Translations under genes and position numbers: made by a program
The notes under the pieces: model-generated
What the model saw: the letters and a program-made list of their open reading frames with translations, nothing else
Databases searched by the model: none
What the model was told of the DNA's origin: nothing
In this document: positions 54,708 to 64,000 of the stretch, piece after piece
Numbering within the stretch: position 1 is the stretch's first letter
Layout: each line of letters begins with the position of its first letter
Origin: Camelus ferus
Taxonomy: Eukaryota
NCBI RefSeq assembly: GCF_009834535.1
Contig: NC_045697.1
Span: forward strand, 77,936,001 to 78,000,000
Direction of reading: 5' to 3'
Length of the DNA stretch: 64,000 nt

Positions 54708-55600
54708 CTGCACAGTGGCGGGCGGGCGGGCGGGCGGGCAGCCGAGCCGGCCGCGCGGCGGGCGATCAAGGAGCGAGCGCAGCGCTCGGGCGAGCACGGG
54801 GGGGAGCCAGCAGGGGCGCGAGACGCGGGGCAGGGGAGGGAGGTGGAGGCCCGCGGGCGGAGAGTCGGGAGCCAGGGAAAGAGCCCGGAGAGCGAAAGGA
54901 GAGGGAGTCGGGCAGGGCGCTTAGATAGAAGCCGACTGAGCAGGAGGCTCAAGCACGCCCACTGTGGAAAGGAGGACGGGAAGGGAGGATGGGAAGGAGG
55001 AGAAGAAAAAGGAATCTGCGCCAAACCGGGAGCTCTAATAAATCAGAAGGGGAGGGCAAAGGCGTCGGGGCAAACTCCCGGGGAGCAAACCCGGACTGGT
55101 AGGGAGAAAGGGGTAGAGAAAGTGGCCCAAGAAATGGAACAAAGGATAATGTGCATGGGTTCGTTTGGGGGCGAGGCATATGGGGTGTGAGTTTGACTGT
55201 GCTTGTGTGTGACCTTCTTTCGGGCCTGCAGGGTTGAGGAAAGAGGTCACAGAAACCAGGGATTGCGGGAGACAGACAGGAGGCTGGAGTGAAGGTAGGC
55301 GGGGTGGGGGTGTGAGAGGATGACTGAGGAGAAATCTGGAAAACTGGAGCGAGCGGGGGCTTGGTGGGGTGGCGGGATCTGGGAAGAGGGTGGGAGGGAG
55401 ACATCTAGGAAGAAATGAACAAGGCTAGTCACCCGGGGAAGGCCTGGATGCCTGGCCCAGCACCACCGACCGGGAAACCGCGCCCGAGGTCAAGGCGGGG
55501 TGACCAAGAGCGCTGCACCCGGTGTCCGCGCGCAGGTGGGCACCGCTGCGCGCTGACCAGTGTGCACCAAGGGGTTGCGCTGGATAAGGCTCGGGTGATC
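54660..55600 (-). promoter_or_regulatory. PITX2a/b promoter CpG island
   Basis: CpG-rich. Full CRE TGACGTCA at 54678-54685 with an adjacent TGACG at 54673-54677. (GGGC)5 at 54720-54739. Confidence 0.7.
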
Positions 55601-58600
55601 GTAGAGTCTAGAATTTCCTCTGCTGTACCTACACTCAACAAGTTCACTCCGGGTCACGGATATCTCATTTTTTAAAATGACGAGGTTAAGGTTCCTGGCG
55701 AGCATAGTATTAAATTGCAAGGGATGGTGATGGGGATGGGAAAGGAAGCTACCCTCAAATTCAGATTTGCTCCTAAAAACCGAAGAACATGTGAAGTTAG
55801 GAGGGTCATCCTTTCCCCCAAATGTGTGCCCCACTTCTAAAACCTGATTTTCCGATTTCTTTACTCCAGCAAGGGCTTGTATTTTGGTAGCAAGAGGATA
55901 TTTTTGCTCTGTCCTGCCTTTGGGTAGAAGGACTATAAATATGATTCTCCTGGAAGACCAGGTGCCAAGACTTCTGCCGGGCATATTGGACAACGTTCTT
56001 TGAATCTCAAGAGCGCGGTGTTAATGCATGTTTTTGAAATGTGTCAGGAAAACATCCATAGGTCCCATTTGGTATTCCCACCAATATTATTTCCTGCATA
56101 GGGGCAAAACTCAGCCAGGCCCACCGTTAGAGAGTCCTCCCCTTTGGTCCTCAAGAGAGGATAAAGTCCCCTTTAAAAGTTTTATTGCTCTTCCTAAGTC
56201 AATATACCAATCTTGCAATTTTAAGAAAAAAGAATGATGTTGGGAGAATATGTGTGAGATACATACATTTTTGAAAGCCTGGCGTTTAAAATAACCTAGG
56301 TCACCATATATGTGCCGGGATTTCCCTACATTTGGGGGCTGTCTGAAACATGTTATGTATTTTCTTGAATTACTCCGTGTTTTGAATTCATTTGAGTTAG
56401 CAGTAAAAACAGGCAAACAAACTTGCTCAATTTGTTTTGAGTGCTAAATCCCTTCACTTTGAAATAGCTAACAGTCGACAGATGGACTCATTTTATGGAA
56501 AGGGTTAGCCTCTTCAGCCACGAAGAAAACTGATGAGAGGTCTACATTTTTAAGCCATTTCTAACCTCCACGTAACATCCGTGAAAACTCAAATTTTCTC
56601 TTTTTACCCGGTGGAAATTCAAGACAGTTTTATTTAAGGGGAGAGAAATGAGGGTAAAATGCCCACTTGCTGTTTTTACTTTTCTTTCCCCTCTGTCTCT
56701 GAGAATTTCTATTTCTGCTTTCTGAAATCTTGCTGAGGCAAGAAAATCAAATTTCTTCAAGTCGCTGGACTGAAATCTAAGGTCATAACATACCGCGTAA
56801 TGTAGTGTAAGAAAGACATTTTCGTCGCTGCCCATCAAAGATTTTTGCTGCTTCCCCAGCCCCCTGAATTATGGGTTAACGTCTTCCCCTTTCTTTTCAT
56901 TTTATGGAGATTAAGAGACGCTCATAGCAGAACAGCCTTGCCTTCATCCGGAGGCGAGGATGGGGAATCTCACGGAAAAGTGGAGAAAAAGTGAGAAAAT
57001 CAGAGATAGGAAGATTCTGAGACGCGCGGAGAGACAAGAGAAAGAGAAAGGGACTGCGCTGCAGAGACGCGCAGATAAGCGCGTGCCACTCCTCCCTCTT
57101 TCAGGATTCAAAGGTTTGCAAACCCGGGCTAGGATGAAGGGGCTCCGGGAAGCTCACATTCCCCTCGCCCCCCCTTATGTCTGGAGTCTCGCCCGCCAGG
57201 GGCTGGTTAACCCCAGCCCCGGCCGCCGCAGACACCGTGCCGAGCTTTTGGGTCCTCGCCTTGCCCAGAGCCAGTGCAGCTGAAGTGAGCAGCTGGTGGG
57301 AAATGCAAATGGCTCCTGGAGAAATAGAAGACACAGAATGATTCTCATTCCCTCCTCGAGTGTGTGGAAGGAGCTGGACATACGTTTCACGCTCCTAATC
57401 CTTCTTTTACATTTTTAGTCATACTCCTATTAAACAACTAATTAATGCCCAGAACCACCAGGGAATACATTAGGCATGCAGCAGAGAGGCAGGGTGCTGG
57501 GGGGCTACAAACCACCATGCTGATTTAAGACGTGGATTTCAGGTTTTTTCTCTCGTCAGGAACAGAAATGGAAGAGTGGGCTGTGGCGATTGTATTTAGA
57601 TTCCGATTACTTCAAATTAGAAGGGGGTGGAGGGACCGTCCAAGCAAAGCAAGCAATTCTCTGCCCTGCAGATGTAAACAAGATTGTAGCATCAAAGGTA
57701 CCAGCTCCTTAAGGGCCAGATCGCCTGGGCTGTGAGCCTGGGGTGGGGAGACACTGACCTTATGTATCAGTGAATTTCAAGTATGTTACACTTTTACATA
57801 AACAACTCCGGAGTCGATCTCCTGGTGAGATTCACTGTTCTTGAATATCTTAAATTTTTTTTCCTGGAAATATACATCCTTGTTACTTTACCAAAATTTT
57901 GAACTCTGTCTAAAGATAATAACCTTCCAGTAAACTAGTGCACTGGACCATTTCCTCTAGCCGTTCCTTTTGCCTTTTCAATTGTTTGATTTAATGTGTA
58001 GGGGATACAGAGAACTAAACATAGCCCCCCAGCTCCCCATCAGCATAGGAATAATGGTGCTGGCTACATGGGTTCAGAGAATTTTTAGTGAGATTCTGAA
58101 TTATGTCCCTCTCTCTAATATTTTGAAGCAAGTGGCAGAAATATTAGGATAAGAATCAAATCGTGAAGCTCAGAGAGGACATAACATTTTGTGATCAAAG
58201 TGGGGCAAAACCGAGGACAAATGTGGAACAACGTCTGCCAGCTCACTTCTCACCCAAGAGGTAGGATTTGGGAAAGGTACAGTATTGTTTTGAAGCCCCC
58301 CGTGGCTGGCTGCGTGCTACCATTTACTTTCTTCACTCTGGATTATGATTTCAACCCTGGCAAGCAATTTCCCCAACTCCTTATCTGACAAAAAGCCAGT
58401 ATGTAAATACCAATAGCTAGAGATGTTTAACTGCCTCAAACATTATTGATTTGCTGGCTGTTCTAAATTTTCTTCCCAGTCCAGGGTCTGCTTCCGAATT
58501 GTCTGTGCAGGCAGTTTGATCCTTACCTCCGATCCTACAATACAATAATTGTTTTTCTGTTTTTAGGCATTTAAGATGAACCAATTGATTTGCATACAAA

Positions 58601-59175
58601 TTAAAATTACTATGCGTTGCTTATTCCCGTGTTTTATAAGCATTTCGAAATTAGTGCTTAACCACTTGAGCTAAAAGAATATATACATGTCTGTATTGAC
58701 TCACTAATGAATTACCTAATTAAAACATCTTGGGGATGCTGGGCTCTGGAAAGACTGTAAAATCAAGACATATCAGGGGAGGGACGAATATTGGAAGGGT
58801 AACAGACCGAGGTCTGGAACTCAGAACGGAGTTTCCGGTGATTTCGAGCTTTAATTTTGGAGCACTGGCCCTTCTCTGTTGTTGATGATTTTGTGCTTGT
58901 TTGTAAATAAATGAAGTGGAAGGAGCGCTCCGGTGGCCGCGGTCGCTCAGGCCCTTTGCTCTGGCAGGACCTTCCAGCCCTGACCCAGAAGCGCTAAATC
59001 CTGGGAGAAGCTGGGCCAGCCCGGGGGCTTTGTGGCCCCGCCGGCGGCCTGGACAGCCTTCTCCTCTCCTCCAGCTTCGCCGACTGGCTGGCGGGCCGAC
59101 GCAGCGCTCTCTCAGCTCGGTCGGAGAGCTGGAAATGGAGCCGACATTTAATAGATATGCTAACTGAGCACTTAC

Positions 59176-59357
59176 CTTCGTCCTGAGAATAAGAATAAAA
59201 GGTAGCTCTTCTTAAGAGAGGCGGTGCAAAGGCACGCTAGGAGTTCAGAAAAGGCAGGCGGCGGGAAATCTGTAGCCTGGGGGCTCGCCAACATCCCCTT
59301 TCATTTCAAGCACTTATTGATTTGCTGTTGTCATCTTTGGCGACGCAGAAGGACACT
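59176..59357 (-). other. PITX2: Distal non-coding first exon of PITX2 (upstream promoter variant)
   Basis: Perfect consensus donor AAG|gtaagt at 59174-59175 next to a small CpG-rich patch (58900-59350). Resembles my recollection of the human distal first exon. The 5' end is approximate. Confidence 0.6.
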
Positions 59358-61594
59358 TGAAAGAATTTCTGATGGGGCTCTGATCTGAGAAAGGATGTGA
59401 CCTGCCCAGGCTCTCACCAAATTCTTAATTACCACATCAACTGCTTTTTTTCATCCCCCATCCCACCCCACCTCTTTCCCCTCCGTGGCAACCGACTTTG
59501 CTTATTCTTAACTTTTTAATTATTCAGAATTAAATAGGTTTCCTTTTCTGTAGTGGTTTTCTATCCAAATCTTCCCCCCTCCCCCATGGTAGGGTCTGCA
59601 TATTGATCCCTCTGACCTTTGGCACATCTGGGCCTTCCGAAATCTCTCAATCTTTTTAGATTTGAGGTTAAAAGGCTCCACCCTCTGCACTATGTGCACG
59701 CTCAGAGATATGAAGGCTTGCACAGACTGCCCTCAGACCCAGGGTGTCTAGCAGGTGTTCCCTTTTCAGCTTGTCTCTTGAAATCTGAAATGCCTGCTTG
59801 ACTTGAACTTGGATACTTCTCTCTCCTTCTTTCTTCCTCTCTTGTCCCCATCCCTTTTTCAAAGCAGTTTGACCATCATGCACATGTGTCCACAACATCT
59901 CCACCTACGATCTTTACCAAACTGTAAATAAAGAGCAACACGTGCAGTAGGTTGGTATACAGATTGCATTAGGAATCAGAATCCCTGCTTTCAGGATTCC
60001 TCCACCAACTCTGGTTATGATCTATACTGAGTCATTCCAAGCAGGAGAGCTATAGGAATCTGCACTGTGAAACAGCAGATAAAGCCACAGTAAAAAGAAC
60101 AATTTCAGGGTCATTTCATTCGAATGCAAATTATGTTTCTGGGTTTTGTTCATAACCATTTATTTTCAGTATATGCAGAATTAGGGAAAATATGTCATCA
60201 TGGTTATTGGTAGGGAGGGGAAACACCTTGGGTTCATCAGTGAAAAGAAGACCCCCAAAGTCTACAACTTTCAGTGGTTTAATTCCATTTATAACAGTGG
60301 GAACAAATAAGACACAAACTGCCTTGTGTATTTTATGTGCATTGACCAATCTGAGTTTCCATTAAAAGCAGTTATGAAGAATTTCTTTTAACTTCTGATA
60401 GCAACTTCAGGAAGTAAAGCCATTGAGACAACGTGAACCTAGGTAAACCCCTTGAGCTGACTGTTCCTGTAAGCTCAGGGGTGTAATATTGCTTCTGTAG
60501 GTTATTTTTACACTATCTGCTAGGGTTTGCTGGTTCTTACCAGACCTCACATCATTGTTTGATGTTGCATCCATTGTAGGCAAGCTCAATTACTATGCTG
60601 ATTTTAAAATAGTTTTTTCTGCCAGCATAATCTTGGTTTTCAAATAATAGAAGTATTTAATATACAAAACTCTGAGTTTTCATTTTTTCAGGAAGTTTTT
60701 TTGATTGTTGCAAGTAATAATAATTTGTATTGCTATATGTATTACTTTTATTTTTTATTTTGAGGAGTGGGTGGGGTCCACTATCACCATTGCCACAAAA
60801 ACCAAAATCTAAAAATTAAGCTGTTTCTTGTATAATAATTGGGAACTTGAAATGCATCTGACTTACCGCTGTCCTACAAACGTACCTTGTAAATTTTCTT
60901 GGAATTTCTGGCAAGTGTTTGCAGCAACAGGAATAGCTTCTCATCGAAGATACTCTCTTCGATGGATTCTCACTGCTGGAGGAGTGGCCTTCAAAGCAAC
61001 GAAGGAGGAAGGAGACATTGGAGGTTGACAGCCGCTTCAGCTGAAGAAAGCCAGAGTTCAGTGATGTGGTTGAGGCAGTGGTCAAATCTCCCATCCTGAA
61101 TTTCCCTTTAATTAGAGCACTGACTTCCTGACTGCGGGATTCTGAAGCGCTTGGTGTTTACACAGATTCCCCCCGCTGTGGTCGTCGCAGTGTGGTTTCA
61201 TAAGTCCCCGGTTCGATGACGTTTTATAGTTGTAGCTATACTTATTATTACAATCTCAGCGTTCAGGTTTTGATGCATTGAGATGAAAACTGCTCTGTTA
61301 GTAAGCTGTAGCAGACAGAAGAGATGGGACAAGTGAGGACTCACCAGAACTCAAATTCAGACGTGTTTAGATGACTTTGACTGCATACAAAGTCTGGCAG
61401 TGCTCTGGCTCCCCCAGCTCTCCACCCTAAACTTCATGTGGACCATGAGAAAAAGCCTCTGGCTAATGAGGTATGATGAATTCTGGGTTTAAGAAATAAG
61501 AGCATTTACATTGAGAACCAAGGGAAGTCAGGAAACCTGCTATACGAAATGCTATACGAAGTGGGGCTGATAATTTGAATAAGTAATAGAGGTA

Positions 61595-61850
61595 ATAACT
61601 AATGTTTATAGAGTGATTAGTTTATTTAGCCATCATGCTAAACTTTTAGCTAAACATGCTAAACATTAGCTAAACATCATGCTAAATACTTTTGTATTGT
61701 TCATCACGTTTATTTTTATACTAGCATTATAAGGTAGATACTGTCATTTTACAAATGAGGACAGTGAGGTTTGGAGTGATTATGTCATTGGCCCAAGGTC
61801 ACTACCTGGTAAGAGCAAGAGCTTCTAGTCACTGGCATGCAGAGTGAGTA
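61595..61850 (-). mobile_element. MIR SINE with internal GCTAAAC micro-duplications
   Basis: MIR core cattttacaaatgaggacagtgagg...gcccaaggtcac. Repeated GCTAAA(C) units at 61637-61686. Confidence 0.7.
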
Positions 61851-64000
61851 GGAAATTACTTCATATCACATAGGCATTAAGTGTCACAGTTGGAATTTGA
61901 ATCTCGATTTGTCTACCATCTCCAGAGTCCCAAATGTTAACTAGTACACTGAACTGGTGGTGACTGTAACTGGAGGGTCAGAATCTGCTGAGGGGAAGAA
62001 ATATAGAACTTCCATGTGGAAAATTTCAAAAAACAAAAGAAAACTGCAGAGATAAGAAAAGCAAATATATTATCTAGGGCATGGAGAAAGTCAGAAATGC
62101 CTTAAGTGCTAGAGAGGAGGAAAAGAGAAATGATTGAATAAAAGACATCAGGAAAGCCCAGCTCCAGGATTTGTCCTGGGCAGGCCATTCCAGGAAAGAG
62201 AAAGATAAGTTCAGGGATATTTGTGAACAGTAGGAAAATTAATGCTTAGATGGTCAGGATGGCCTAAGCCTAATAAATCTAGGAATGTAGTTCATAAGAC
62301 TCTCCCTGAGATTCCAAAGTAGGCTAAAATATCTAAACTGAGTTTGAGTAGTTTTATTCTAGAACCAAAGAGAGATGCAAGTAAGGACTGAGTAATAAGA
62401 ATATCCATGTTGCAGGAACATGCACGTTGAGTGGGGAGTGAAATCTAGAAAAACCTGTTAGGAATCTGGTTATTGTGCTAAATCATGCCAGGCTCAAAGG
62501 AGAAACGAGATCTTACCTATCATTACCTACCTCTGCCTAGAGTGCACCCGAGTATCTCCATTACTGTTGTGAAGTCATTTGAAATTTACAGTGAGATGAC
62601 TTCCTGTGCTGAAGAAGAAATCTTGCACGGAGGAGCATCAGGAGGTGAATGAAGGGGAGAGAGAATGATCCCAAGGACACAGGCTGTGGGAGCAATGCTC
62701 CACTTAGATGAGTTGCTGATGGTAGAACGTGAGCCAGGAGAGAACGTCAGGGAGACTTCTGCAAAATCCATGTCATCATAGTGGGCCTGTTGCTGATCGT
62801 AAAGGTTATTTCCAATTCAGCTTTGTCCCTTTGTCAAAAATGAGCCAAAACTGGCTTCACTTCAGCCTTTTCCAGAAGGGATAGATACACACAAGTGTAT
62901 GTATGGATTCCCAGTTTTATGAAGCACAGAAGAAGCAAAAAAAAAAAAAAAAAAAAAACAAAAGAAGACTCAATCCAGTTTCCTGTTTTCTGGTAAAAAA
63001 ATTCTCTTATTCTTTTGTGGTGTGTGTAGAATAAGGAAACATGAGGAGTGGGTTCAAATAAAGAAAAATGATATGTGAGTTCATTTCAAGGGAGACCTCA
63101 GTTTGTGCTGTCACAGGAATCCAGACTATCCCTGTAAATGCTATGGTATTTTTGAAAGAAAAGTTCAAGGGCACACTGTCTTATTTTCCATCTCTAGCCT
63201 GTGAGTCTCATAGTTACTTTAAAAAAATAAATAAACGGGGAAGAAAAATTAGGATCCACAGAAATTAAAAACTAGAAAGGATCTAGAGGGTACACTCACC
63301 CTCAGCCTGTGTTTAAATTATTCCCAGAAAGATATCCAGTTACACTCTTTGGGAAAGATTCCCCCTTAGATCCCTTGTTAATGCATTTGGATGCCTCATA
63401 ATTTCACATATACACTGAATAGCTATCTATTGTGTAAACCCCAGGTACTGAAGAGAATAATGTCATATCATATAGCTCCAATTAATAGAAGGCATTTCTT
63501 CCAGACTCTTAAATATTTCATATGTCTTTTACTTTCAAAAATCTATATGAAAATATTATTAGCCCCATTAACAGATGGAAAACTATGTCACAGAGACTTA
63601 CAGAGAGTCAGCCCTGGCTGTGCAGCACGGTGCTGAAAGAAGTAAGTTAAAGGCAAAGTCAGAAAATTCTACGTTCAAGGCTTTCCTAGCAGGCACGTCA
63701 CTTCTTGGGGCTAGTTATTATCTGTCTGAGTAAAGTACATGTTTGATTGTAACTCTATCTGTCCTTCTGTTTGTCTGCCTGTGAGTAGTTTATCTTTTAA
63801 TCCATCAATTTATCTCCTTGCTACTTTTTAAATATACCACAAGTTAACCGATGTTGATAAAATTTCACCCTTACCATGAGTGCTACTTGAGCAGATTGAG
63901 ATGGTTGTCATATTTTTCACATTTCCCATGTAAAAAACAGTTCTGCCACTGTTTAAGTGCCATGATTTTGTTCTTACCTGGAAACTGTACATGTACCACA

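Noticed and set aside
54137..54928. 263-aa plus-strand ORF antisense to the PITX2 5'UTR exon
   Set aside because: GC-rich promoter sequence with no domain similarity and no other sign of coding.

Overview
Mammalian genomic DNA, probably a camelid (inferred from a tRNA-Ala-derived, Vic-1-like SINE at ~2.1 kb). The window holds the complete PITX2 homeobox gene on the minus strand (~34.9-59.4 kb). All five coding exons have GT-AG boundaries and give PITX2a (271 aa), PITX2b (317 aa) and PITX2c (325 aa). Two 5'-UTR exons, two promoters and an intronic FoxH1-site pair matching the left-right asymmetry enhancer (ASE) are visible. The left half is repeat-rich sequence 3' of PITX2 (L1, L2, MIR, MaLR LTRs). 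The most unusual items are a ~470-bp-arm inverted repeat with a ~97% identical core at 5.8-7.8 kb, an orphan CpG island flanked by divergent CTCF-like motifs at 8.5-11.5 kb, a PANCR-like lncRNA first exon 3' of PITX2, a ~230-bp GAA polypurine tract, and a uORF in frame with PITX2c. I found no second protein-coding gene and no clearly novel multi-gene system. Nearly all other ORFs in the track are GC-rich or simple-repeat artefacts. Repeat subfamily names and comparisons with human transcripts are from memory, not from a search.
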